Positions 44,357 through 52,595 of a stretch of DNA of 53,491 bases are shown here, one piece after another. Position 1 is the stretch's first letter. Every line of letters begins with the position of its first letter. This DNA is from a virus (Duplodnaviria; Caudoviricetes), in IMG/VR virus record IMGVR_UViG_3300048999_000117, positions 1 to 53,491 of that record; one strand, 5' to 3'. A program made the position numbers and the translations under genes. Below the pieces are notes generated by a model. The model was not told the origin of the DNA, ran no database searches, and saw only the letters and a list, made by a program, of their open reading frames with translations.

Positions 44357-46483
44357 ATGACAGTCGACCTGATCAAGGCGTCACCGGACGCACCCTCGGA
44401 CGCGCAGGACGCTCCGGCCCCTGAGGCGTCCTCGGACCGTCCCGAGGCGTCCCGTCCGCCGCGTCGCATCCGCATCGCCCACCTCCGCCGCGTCGTCGTC
44501 GACATCCGCCAGAACCCCGCCTACCGCCTGGCGGTCCGCCACGGCGCCTACACGTGGGGCGGCATGCGCATCCTGACCCGCCGCGCGTGGGAGGCCCGCA
44601 CCACCGCCACGCACCAGCGGATGATGCGCATCGCCGAGGCCGCGGGCAACGAGGAGATGGTGCAGAAGTGGGAACAGCGCGCCTACGCCTACCGGTTCGC
44701 CCGGCACAAGCGGCGCATGGACCTGCTCCAGCTCGCCATCAACCTGCCCAAGGCCGTGTTCACCACGGTCGTCGCCGGGGCGGGCGTGCTCCTGATGCTG
44801 GGCATCCTCATCGCCTGGCACAACCACGACGTCGCCGACGTCCTCGCGCCGCTCGACGCCGTCATTCAGCTGGTGGCGTGGCTGGGGTTCATCGCCTCCG
44901 TCATCTGGGACCCGCTCCTGTACTCGCTGCCCCTGCTCGCCATGGCCGGCGCCTGGGCCGTCGGCAAGAACCAGAAGGCGGCACCCACCTGGGCCCTGCC
45001 CGCCGACGATGCCGCGCTCGACGTCATCCCGGACGAGAACGCCATCCTGAGAGCCCTCGGCAACCTGGGCCTCTCACCCCTGAACAAGGCGATCAAGGAG
45101 GGCTGGAAGCCGCGCTGGGTACAGCCCACGGTCCGCCTCGGCAACGGGTACCACACACAGGTCCAACTGCCCCTCGGCGTCACCGTCGAGATGGTCAACG
45201 GCAAGAAGAACGTCCTCGCCCACAACCTGCTCCGCAAGCCCGTCGAGACCTGGCCGACCGAGCCGCCCAAGCAGCCCGGCGTCCTCGACCTGTGGGTAGC
45301 CGACCAGGGCTCCCTCAACGGACCCGTACCACCGTGGCCCCTGCTCACGGAGGGCACGACCGACTACTTCAAGGGCGTACCCGTCGCCCTGTCGCAGCGC
45401 GGCGAGCCGATCATCGGCAAGCTCATGGCCGCGAACTGGATCGTCGGCGGCATCATGGGCTCCGGCAAGACGTCCATCGTCGTCTCGCTGCTCCTCGGCG
45501 CGATCCTCGACCCGCTCGTCGAGGCCGAGGTGTACGTCATGGCGACGAACATCGACTACGACCCGCTCAAGCCGCGCCTGAAGGCCCTCGTCAAGGGCGA
45601 CGACCCCGAGCAGCTGAAGGCCGCCCTCGACCGGCTGCGCAGCCTCACCAACGAGGTCACCGAGCGCGGCAAGCTGCTGGAGGAACTCGGCGGCGAGTCG
45701 CCCAAGCTCACCCGTGAACTGGCCCTGAAAGACCCGCGCATGCGGCCCCGGGTCATCGTCTTCGACGAGGTCCACGAGCTGTTCATGAGCAAGGAGTACG
45801 GCAAAGAGGCCGCCGAGCTGGCCATCCGCGTCATGAAGAAGGCCCGCAAGGTCGGCATCACCCTCATCTGGGTCACCGTCTCCCCGACCGCCGACAGCAT
45901 CCCGCGCGACGTCACCCGCAACACCAGCCACCGCGTCGCGTTCGCAGTCGGCGACCAGGTCGCCAACGACGGCCTGCTCGGCTCCGGCAAGTACAAGGCC
46001 GGCATCCGCGCGACCGAACTCGTTCCCGGCCAGGACATCGGCACCGCGGTCACCTACGGCTTCACCAGCAAGCCCTTCGAGGTCATCCGCTCCTACTACG
46101 TCGCCCGCGACCCCGAGAAGGGCATCGACGAGGTCACGCCCGTCGTCGAGCGGGCCATGGGCCTCTACGAGGGCACCGGGCCCGTGGACACACCCACCTT
46201 CGACGTGGCCGACCCGCTCACGGACATCGCGGCCGTCCTCGGCCACGAGCCGCGGATGCGGACACAGGACGTGCTGCGCGGCCTCCAAGACCGCGCCCCG
46301 GTCGCCTACGGCAGCTGGTCGTTCCGCGACCTCAAGAGCGTCCTCGACGACGCCGGCCACGGCGTCTACAAGACGGACGGCGGCAAGATGCACGTCAGCC
46401 TCGACCGCATCCTCGACGCCATCGCCGCCCGCGACGAGGACACCCCGGACGACGAAGACGACGAGGGAGGCACCGAAGACTGA
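44357..46483 (+). CDS. traB: TraB conjugative dsDNA translocase (FtsK/SpoIIIE family)
   Basis: N-terminal TMs, Walker A GIMGSGKT, Walker B VIVFDEVHE, ARKVGI, C-terminal winged-helix-like domain; spd context. Confidence 0.88.
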   Translation: MTVDLIKASPDAPSDAQDAPAPEASSDRPEASRPPRRIRIAHLRRVVVDIRQNPAYRLAVRHGAYTWGGMRILTRRAWEARTTATHQRMMRIAEAAGNEEMVQKWEQRAYAYRFARHKRRMDLLQLAINLPKAVFTTVVAGAGVLLMLGILIAWHNHDVADVLAPLDAVIQLVAWLGFIASVIWDPLLYSLPLLAMAGAWAVGKNQKAAPTWALPADDAALDVIPDENAILRALGNLGLSPLNKAIKEGWKPRWVQPTVRLGNGYHTQVQLPLGVTVEMVNGKKNVLAHNLLRKPVETWPTEPPKQPGVLDLWVADQGSLNGPVPPWPLLTEGTTDYFKGVPVALSQRGEPIIGKLMAANWIVGGIMGSGKTSIVVSLLLGAILDPLVEAEVYVMATNIDYDPLKPRLKALVKGDDPEQLKAALDRLRSLTNEVTERGKLLEELGGESPKLTRELALKDPRMRPRVIVFDEVHELFMSKEYGKEAAELAIRVMKKARKVGITLIWVTVSPTADSIPRDVTRNTSHRVAFAVGDQVANDGLLGSGKYKAGIRATELVPGQDIGTAVTYGFTSKPFEVIRSYYVARDPEKGIDEVTPVVERAMGLYEGTGPVDTPTFDVADPLTDIAAVLGHEPRMRTQDVLRGLQDRAPVAYGSWSFRDLKSVLDDAGHGVYKTDGGKMHVSLDRILDAIAARDEDTPDDEDDEGGTED

Positions 46484-46631
46484 GGGAGTTCTCCCTACCC
46501 GCCTCCCTGCCCTGCATCCCCATGGTTGACCTGGGGAAACAGTGGTTTAGGGAGGCAGGGGAGGCAGACCCACGAGGACGAGGGAAACGGGAAACAGGGA
46601 CTTCAGCATCCCTCGCGCCGCCTCCCTCCCC
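46463..46631. repeat. clt-like cluster of AGGGAGGC-type repeats in both orientations
   Basis: GAGGGAGG 46463, GAGGGAGT 46482, CTCCCT 46491, GCCTCCCTG 46501, TAGGGAGGC 46548, AGGGGAGGC 46557, GAGGGAAAC 46580, GCCTCCCTC 46620. Confidence 0.65.
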
Positions 46632-46656
46632 ACCACGCCCACGAGAGGATGCACAC

Positions 46657-46938
46657 ATGATCAGGCCCGTGTACCGAGTCCAGTGCGACGGCCCCGGCAA
46701 GGAGTGGCTGTCCCTCCCCGACGGCTACGTACCCGGCACAGACCTGCCGGCGGACGCCCTGGTCGCCGCCGACACCGCCGAGAAGGCAGGCAACTGGCCC
46801 GGCGAGCGTGAGGCGAAGCGCGCGGCCATCGGCGCCGGATGGCGCCACCCCATGGACTCCTCGGACTTCAAGGACTGGCTGTGTCCGGCCTGCCAGACAT
46901 CGGTCTCCGCGCAGACCGATGCCGCTACGAGCGGATGA
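46657..46938 (+). CDS. Small zinc-ribbon-like protein
   Basis: GAGGA RBS; V.CDG...A...GW......LCPAC. Confidence 0.65.
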   Translation: MIRPVYRVQCDGPGKEWLSLPDGYVPGTDLPADALVAADTAEKAGNWPGEREAKRAAIGAGWRHPMDSSDFKDWLCPACQTSVSAQTDAATSG

Positions 46939-47079
46939 CCATACGAAGGAAGGGGTGCAATGCCTTCGAAGGCTCAGCAGCTGACCCGGAGTACGCGACC
47001 ATGGGGCCACGGAACCGATCTACGCGCCGCCCGGCCACGTCACCGCCGCACGGATCTGGGACGTCCTCGGCTGTGTTGC

Positions 47080-47172
47080 TGGACACGCGAACGATCACGG
47101 CTGCATACTCTGGTGTCAGCGCCACACGTGCGCCCACACACCACACGAGCCCCCGCCAACGCGGGGGCTTTC
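47080..47172 (+). promoter_or_regulatory. Putative late promoter followed by a terminator-like hairpin
   Basis: TGGACA-N18-CATACT; AGCCCCCGC-CAAC-GCGGGGGCT-TT. Confidence 0.5.
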
Positions 47173-47191
47173 GCCGTTGCAGGGGGTGACC

Positions 47192-47449
47192 ATGGGCCGC
47201 CCCGGAGACCGCGAAGCCGCCCACGGCCGCGAAGACGCCGACGGCACCATCTGGTTCACCGTGGCGGAAGCCGCCGCCTTCACCGGCCGCAACCGGCAGA
47301 CCATCTACAGCTGGGAACGCCGAGGTCACCTAAAGGAACCCCGGCACGACGAGCACGGTCGGCGCATCTACACCCAGGCCCAGATCGCTGCCGCCGAACG
47401 CCTCGCGCGCCACAACGCCGCCGCCACACGCCGCGTCGCCGTCGTTTGA
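47192..47449 (+). CDS. MerR-like HTH protein
   Basis: TVAEAA..TG..RQTIYSWERRG.L......GRRIY. Confidence 0.8.
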   Translation: MGRPGDREAAHGREDADGTIWFTVAEAAAFTGRNRQTIYSWERRGHLKEPRHDEHGRRIYTQAQIAAAERLARHNAAATRRVAVV

Positions 47450-47467
47450 CGACCAGACCGAGGAGCC

Positions 47468-47716
47468 ATGCGCCGCACCCTCACCATCGCCGCGACTACC
47501 GCCGTGCTCCTGCTCGGTCCCGTCGCCTGCAGCAGCAACGACCCCAAGCCCGCGCCGAGCACCACCCGGCCACCGGCAACCACATCGGCCCCGAGCAGCC
47601 CGACGCCCACCACGGCTGCGCCGAGCCCCAGCCCGACCGACCCGCAGGCGAGCCCCACGGCCAGCGACGAGCCCAGCAGCCCACCGTCCAGCCCCCTGGG
47701 CCACGACGGCGCCTGA
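47468..47716 (+). CDS. Small Pro/Ser/Thr-rich lipoprotein
   Basis: MRR, hydrophobic stretch, VAC lipobox-like site. Confidence 0.75.
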   Translation: MRRTLTIAATTAVLLLGPVACSSNDPKPAPSTTRPPATTSAPSSPTPTTAAPSPSPTDPQASPTASDEPSSPPSSPLGHDGA

Positions 47717-47801
47717 CGGTCACAACACGGACACACCGGCCCCGCGCGGCCCCCGCGCGACAGATGATGCCCCCTCAGCGTCAGACGTCCTTGGGGGGAC
47801 C

Positions 47802-48053
47802 ATGAGCGACTACAGAGCCGTCCAGACCGCCGTCCGCGTCGAGAAACTCCGCATCTGGTTCGCCTGGGCCTGCGGGAACTTCATCCTCCTCGCCATCGCC
47901 CTCGCCACCCAGCACGTCCACATCGTCAGCGTCGTCACCCAGGTGCTGCTCCTCGCCGGCTTCCTCGCCCTCACGGTCGCCCTCTTCCGCATGACCGGCG
48001 CCCTCAACCGCAAGGCCGCAGCCGCCCGCAACGAGGTCCTCGGCGACCTGTAG
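47802..48053 (+). CDS. Two-TM membrane protein
   Basis: Two hydrophobic segments. Confidence 0.75.
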   Translation: MSDYRAVQTAVRVEKLRIWFAWACGNFILLAIALATQHVHIVSVVTQVLLLAGFLALTVALFRMTGALNRKAAAARNEVLGDL

Positions 48054-48068
48054 CGCGAGGAGGCGCCC

Positions 48069-48353
48069 GTGGCCGGCAACCCACGCAACGGGCGCCCCTA
48101 CCGCAGGCTGTGCGCCTGGCTCCGCGCCCAACGCCTCCCGTGCGCACGGTGCGGCCACAACATCGGATACGAGCTGGACGCCCGGCACCCGCTGTCCTTC
48201 ACCGTCGACCACGTCATCCCGCTGTCCAAGGGCGGCAACCTCCTCGACCGTGACAACGCCCGCCCGATGCATCGGCGTTGCAACTCGGCCAAGGGCAACC
48301 GCACGCCAGCACTACCGAAGCCAGCACCACATCGCGCCTCACGGCGGTGGTGA
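48069..48353 (+). CDS. Packaging-associated HNH endonuclease
   Basis: CARCG...TVDHVIPLSKGG....N....HRRCNSAKG. Confidence 0.92.
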   Translation: MAGNPRNGRPYRRLCAWLRAQRLPCARCGHNIGYELDARHPLSFTVDHVIPLSKGGNLLDRDNARPMHRRCNSAKGNRTPALPKPAPHRASRRW

Positions 48354-48495
48354 TCCCAGATGTCCCGACACGTGCCCAGGTCCCTCCCGTGCAGCATGGT
48401 GCACACCTGGACAACGGCGGGATGCGGCAACCGTGAGGCCCGCACCGGCGCCCCGTCCTAGGCAACGGGGCGCCGCTCACACGGAGGTGGTGACC

Positions 48496-48693
48496 GTGCG
48501 CGAGCTGCTTCACCGCATCGCCCGGCGCTGCCCGACCCACGACCGGGCCTCGTACAGCAAGACACGCCAGCTGGAGCAGAGCGTCGGCATGACGCCTAGC
48601 CCGCCGCCCGACAGCTTCACCGACGAGTACAGCGACCCCGACCTGATCGAGTGCGGCAACTCCTGGTGCCAGCGCGCCTCACGGAAGTGGTGA
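48496..48693 (+). CDS. Small hypothetical protein ending ASRKW
   Basis: GGAGG RBS. Confidence 0.6.
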   Translation: MRELLHRIARRCPTHDRASYSKTRQLEQSVGMTPSPPPDSFTDEYSDPDLIECGNSWCQRASRKW

Positions 48694-48695
48694 CC

Positions 48696-48902
48696 ATGGC
48701 CGTACCCGCAACGCCCACCCCGTTCCTCGTCCGCCTGACAGACGGCCGCACCTGGAGAGGCGTCGAGTTCGAGACCGGCGGGTTCGTCTGCGTCCATCAC
48801 CCCGACGAGATCAACCTCTGCTCCATCGCCGTGACGCTGACGGACCTACTCAACGTCCCCCAGGGGCACCCGATGTACGGCGCCAAGGTCGAGGAGAGGT
48901 AG
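48696..48902 (+). CDS. Small hypothetical protein
   Basis: Typical codon usage; between coupled genes. Confidence 0.6.
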   Translation: MAVPATPTPFLVRLTDGRTWRGVEFETGGFVCVHHPDEINLCSIAVTLTDLLNVPQGHPMYGAKVEER

Positions 48903-48909
48903 GGGCGGC

Positions 48910-49347
48910 GTGCTCTACGTCGTCACCGGGCCGCCGGCCTCCGGCAAGAGCACATGGATCGACGCGCACGCCACCGCCCGCGACATCGTCATCGACCTCG
49001 ACCGCATAACCCGCGCACTCACCGGGCCAGGCGCACCGCAGTGGAACCAGGACCCCACCATCCTGCGCGTCGCTCACCGCGCTCGGTACGCGGCCATGGA
49101 CGAGGCCTTCGAGCTACGCGACACGGTTGACGTCTACCTGATCCACACCATGCCCAGCCCCAAGGCCTTGGCCAAGTACAGGCGCATGGAAGCACGCATC
49201 GTGGTCGTGGACCCCGGACGCGAGGTGACCATGCAGCGCATCGCGGCCATGCGCGACACGGACATGCAGCGGGTCGCCACCCGCTGGTACCGGTCCCGGC
49301 CGGCCGCCGCCCGCGAGCCGATGCCGCAGGCCTCGCGCACTTGGTGA
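48910..49347 (+). CDS. P-loop kinase-like (AAA) protein
   Basis: VVTGPPASGKST Walker A; IVID.D. Confidence 0.8.
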   Translation: MLYVVTGPPASGKSTWIDAHATARDIVIDLDRITRALTGPGAPQWNQDPTILRVAHRARYAAMDEAFELRDTVDVYLIHTMPSPKALAKYRRMEARIVVVDPGREVTMQRIAAMRDTDMQRVATRWYRSRPAAAREPMPQASRTW

Positions 49348-49509
49348 TCAAGAGCCGCACCCATTTTTAGGGACATTCCCGGGCGACCCAAACGCCCTTG
49401 TCGCCCGATTTTTTGCGCGGCGATTTTGAAAGATCAATTCGCGCGAACTCAGTTCGACCATTTTAGTGGCGGTCACTCTGCGTGATGTGACGCTGCGTGA
49501 CGGCTGGCG
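49348..49509. other. Probable cos/packaging-initiation region
   Basis: Non-coding, T-tracts, inverted repeats, directly upstream of terS; the cut site itself cannot be identified. Confidence 0.5.
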
Positions 49510-49515
49510 GTGATC

Positions 49516-49782
49516 ATGGACGTTGCCGACAACATCGCCGCCGAGCTTGGCGCGGATCAGACGTCGCCCGGCATGGCGGCCGTCGCCCGTTCCCTCGCCA
49601 AGGCGATCGACGAATCGGACGCACCGACCGCGAAGGCCGTTGTCGCCGACAAGCTCCGGGCGATCATGGCGGACCTCCGCAGGCTCGCCCCGGTCGAAAT
49701 GAAGGGGGATGCCGTCGATGACATTGCTGAGCAGCGAGAGAAGCGCCGCGCCGCAGCCCGACAGCAGGCCTCCGACGGCTGA
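49516..49782 (+). CDS. terS: Terminase small subunit
   Basis: A..LAKAID...L......D.VDDIA..R..RR; precedes and overlaps terL. Confidence 0.8.
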   Translation: MDVADNIAAELGADQTSPGMAAVARSLAKAIDESDAPTAKAVVADKLRAIMADLRRLAPVEMKGDAVDDIAEQREKRRAAARQQASDG

Positions 49783-51244
49783 CGGCCGCGTGTACGGCTG
49801 GCAGGAACCCCCGATCCAGATCACGCCCCCGGCCGTGTCCAGCGCGGGCCAGGAGGCGATCGACCTCGCCGCGAGTGCCGGGCTGCACCTGGACCCGTGG
49901 CAGCAGCACGTCCTGTGCGTCGGCATGGGTGAGAAGCCGGACGGTAGTTGGGCGTCGTTCGAGGTCGCGGTGAACGTGCCGCGCCAGAACGGCAAGGGCG
50001 GAGTGATCGAAGCCCGCGAGTTGTGGGGCCTGTTCATCGGCGGCGAGGAGCTGATCCTCCACAGCGCGCACGAGTTCAAGACGGCGAAGAACGCGTTCCG
50101 CCGGATCGAGCGCCTGATCCGTAGCACTCCTGACCTGCACAGACGCGTCAAGCGGTACTGGCAGACCACGGGTGAGGAGAGCATCGAGCTGTACTCCGGG
50201 CAGCTGCTGCGGTTCATCGCGAGGAGCAAGGGTTCCGGCCGTGGCTTCACCGGCTGGTGCAACATCATGGACGAGGACATGATCCTCGGCGACAACGAGA
50301 TGGACGCCCTGCTGCCCACCATGGCAGCGGTCCAGGATCCGCAGATCTGGTATCTCGGATCGGCGGGCATCGGCGGTCCGTCCGTACAACTGGGGCGCCT
50401 GCGCCGCCGTGCACTGGCTGCGATCGAGGCTGGCACGTCGGATCCGTCACTTACGTACTTCGAGTGGTCCGTGGACCCGCACGTGGATGAGTGCCCGAAG
50501 GACTGCACCGTGCACGACGATGCGGCCTCCAACGAGGCAGTACTGAAGTCCAACCCCGGCATCGGCTACCGGCTGACGCTGGAGAAAGTCGCCAATGAGC
50601 GGTCCACTCTCAGCAAGGACGGCTACGCCCGCGAGCGCCTCGGGGTCGGTGACTACCCGTCCGACACGGCGGAGACGTGGCAAGTCGTCGGCGAGGACGC
50701 GTGGCGGGCGCTGGCGGCTGCGGAGTCGTCGCCGTCGGACCCAGTGGCGTTCGCGATCGACATGACCCCGGAGCGCTCGCACGCGGCGATCGCCGTGGCG
50801 GGGGACTGGCGGGGCGGCACGCACGTCGAGGTGGTCGACCATCGGCCCGGTACGGGCTGGATCCTCGACCGGGCTGCCGAGCTGCATGAGAAGTGGAAGC
50901 CGCGGTGCTGGGTCGTCGATGCCGGTGGTCCTGCGGGATCGCTCATCGCCGACCTGGAAGAGCGCCTCGGCGTCGAGGTCGTCTCGCCGAAGACACGCGA
51001 AGTCGCCTCGGCCTGCGGCCAGTTCTACGACGCGGTGACCGAGCAGACCCTCAGCCACCTCGATCAGGCGCCCCTCGCGTCCGCGCTGGCGGGCGCACAG
51101 AAGCGCCCACTCGGCGATGCGTGGGCGTGGGCGCGGCGGATCGTCTCGGTGGACATCAGCCCGCTGGTCGCCGCCACGCTCGCCAAGTGGGGGCTCGGCG
51201 CCGAGGTCGAGGACACGGTCGATCCGCTGGACAACATCCTGTGA
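49709..51244 (+). CDS. terL: Terminase large subunit (start may be 49718)
   Basis: LDPWQ, VPRQNGKG Walker A, IMDE Walker B, FAID nuclease motif, DISPLVA. Confidence 0.93.
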   Translation: MPSMTLLSSERSAAPQPDSRPPTADGRVYGWQEPPIQITPPAVSSAGQEAIDLAASAGLHLDPWQQHVLCVGMGEKPDGSWASFEVAVNVPRQNGKGGVIEARELWGLFIGGEELILHSAHEFKTAKNAFRRIERLIRSTPDLHRRVKRYWQTTGEESIELYSGQLLRFIARSKGSGRGFTGWCNIMDEDMILGDNEMDALLPTMAAVQDPQIWYLGSAGIGGPSVQLGRLRRRALAAIEAGTSDPSLTYFEWSVDPHVDECPKDCTVHDDAASNEAVLKSNPGIGYRLTLEKVANERSTLSKDGYARERLGVGDYPSDTAETWQVVGEDAWRALAAAESSPSDPVAFAIDMTPERSHAAIAVAGDWRGGTHVEVVDHRPGTGWILDRAAELHEKWKPRCWVVDAGGPAGSLIADLEERLGVEVVSPKTREVASACGQFYDAVTEQTLSHLDQAPLASALAGAQKRPLGDAWAWARRIVSVDISPLVAATLAKWGLGAEVEDTVDPLDNIL

Positions 51245-51255
51245 GGGAGGCTCCC

Positions 51256-51432
51256 ATGACCAGGGCAAACATGGTCGGCGCCCTGGCGTCAGCGTGCGGG
51301 TGGGTGGCCGCCCGCCTGCCCGGGGCGGCTGGGGCCGTGCTGCTGTCGGCCGCGGCCTGGCAGGTCTACACGCCCGCTGGGATGGCGGTCGCCGGGGCCT
51401 TCTGCCTGTCCGTGGACTGGAGGAAGCGGTGA
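51256..51432 (+). CDS. Small membrane protein before the portal
   Basis: GGGAGG RBS; hydrophobic. Confidence 0.7.
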   Translation: MTRANMVGALASACGWVAARLPGAAGAVLLSAAAWQVYTPAGMAVAGAFCLSVDWRKR

Positions 51433-52580
51433 GCCTCTTCTTCGGACGGCGTGAGCGCCGGGGCCCGTTCCCCGAGCCGCCGATCCCACCGCCGCTTCGG
51501 TCGATGACGTTCGCGCGCGTCAGCCTCGCGCAGACCGAGGCGAGCCTGCAGAAGGTTGCCGTGTGGGCGGCCGTGGACCTGATTGCCTCTCTGGGATCGC
51601 TGCTGCCCATCGACGTCTTCGAGGGCACAGGGGCTGCTCGCCGTGAGCTGCCTACGCCGAAGATCCTGGAGGACCCGTCGGGCGAGGGCTACGGCACTGC
51701 GGACTGGATCTACCAATACCTGATGTCGCTGCTGCTGCGCGGCAACACCAACGGCCGAGTCGGCGACCGGGACCGGCTTGGCAATCCGACGCAGATCGTG
51801 CTGTACCACCCAGACGATGTGCAGGGTTGGCGCGACGATGAGTCGGGGCTGCCGAAGTGGCGGGTGTGCGGCCAGGATGTGCCGGCGGATGAGATGTGGC
51901 ACCAGAGGGCGTACACGATTCCCGGGCGGCTGCTGGGCTTGTCGCCCGTGCGCCACCACGCCACGACGATCGGCCTGGGTATCGCGGCCGAGCGGTTCGG
52001 CCGGCAGTGGTTCGAGGACGGCGCGCACCCCTCGGGGCTGCTGACGAACGAGCAGGCGCTGACTCCGGGCCAGGCCAAGACCGCGAAGGAACGGTTCATG
52101 GCCGCGCTGCGCGGCACACGGGAACCGGTGGTGCTGGGGCAGGGCTGGAAGTTCCAAGCGATCCAGGTCGCTCCGGAAGAGTCGCAGTTCCTGGAGACGC
52201 AGAAGTACACGGCTGCGGAGTGCGCGCGGATCTACGGGCCCGGTGTACCGGAGATCCTCGGCTACGAGACCGGCGGCTCGATGACCTACGCCAACGTCGA
52301 GCAGCGCAGCCTCGACCTGCTGACGTACTCGCTCGACCGGTGGCTGGTGCGTACCGAGCGCATGTTCACCGCGCTCCTGCCCGCCGGCCAGTACGTGAAG
52401 ATCAACCGTGGTGCTCTGGCCCGCACCGACCTGCTGACCAGGTTCAAGGCGCACGCCCTGTCCCTGCAGAACAGGTGGGCGGTACCCAACGAAGTACGCG
52501 ACCTGGAAGACCAGGCGCCGGTGCCCTGGGGCAACGATCCGCTCGTTGAGGCCGCGCCGAAGGTGCGGCTCAGTGAATGA
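51429..52580 (+). CDS. Portal protein, HK97 family
   Basis: LLLRGN, GLSPV, F..GA.PSG.L, QFLET, YANVEQ, NEVR.LE. Confidence 0.93.
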   Translation: MSLFFGRRERRGPFPEPPIPPPLRSMTFARVSLAQTEASLQKVAVWAAVDLIASLGSLLPIDVFEGTGAARRELPTPKILEDPSGEGYGTADWIYQYLMSLLLRGNTNGRVGDRDRLGNPTQIVLYHPDDVQGWRDDESGLPKWRVCGQDVPADEMWHQRAYTIPGRLLGLSPVRHHATTIGLGIAAERFGRQWFEDGAHPSGLLTNEQALTPGQAKTAKERFMAALRGTREPVVLGQGWKFQAIQVAPEESQFLETQKYTAAECARIYGPGVPEILGYETGGSMTYANVEQRSLDLLTYSLDRWLVRTERMFTALLPAGQYVKINRGALARTDLLTRFKAHALSLQNRWAVPNEVRDLEDQAPVPWGNDPLVEAAPKVRLSE

Positions 52581-52595
52581 CAGGAAGGGGACGCT

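Larger units (their letters stand above)
41619..46631. mobile_element. Streptomyces plasmid/AICE-type conjugation module (kor - spd - traB - clt) embedded in the phage
   Basis: RHH repressor with operators, membrane spd-like genes, TraB ATPase, repeat cluster after traB. Confidence 0.85.

Noticed and set aside
44357-46483. FtsK ATPase as type VII secretion EccC or as a packaging ATPase
   Set aside because: Single ATPase domain, no WXG100 or ecc genes, and a canonical terminase is present. Its neighbours are spd/kor-like.
49445-49458. CGAAC-TCA-GTTCG as a LexA box
   Set aside because: The spacer is 3 nt rather than 4, and it lies in the probable cos region. A terminase-related inverted repeat is more likely.
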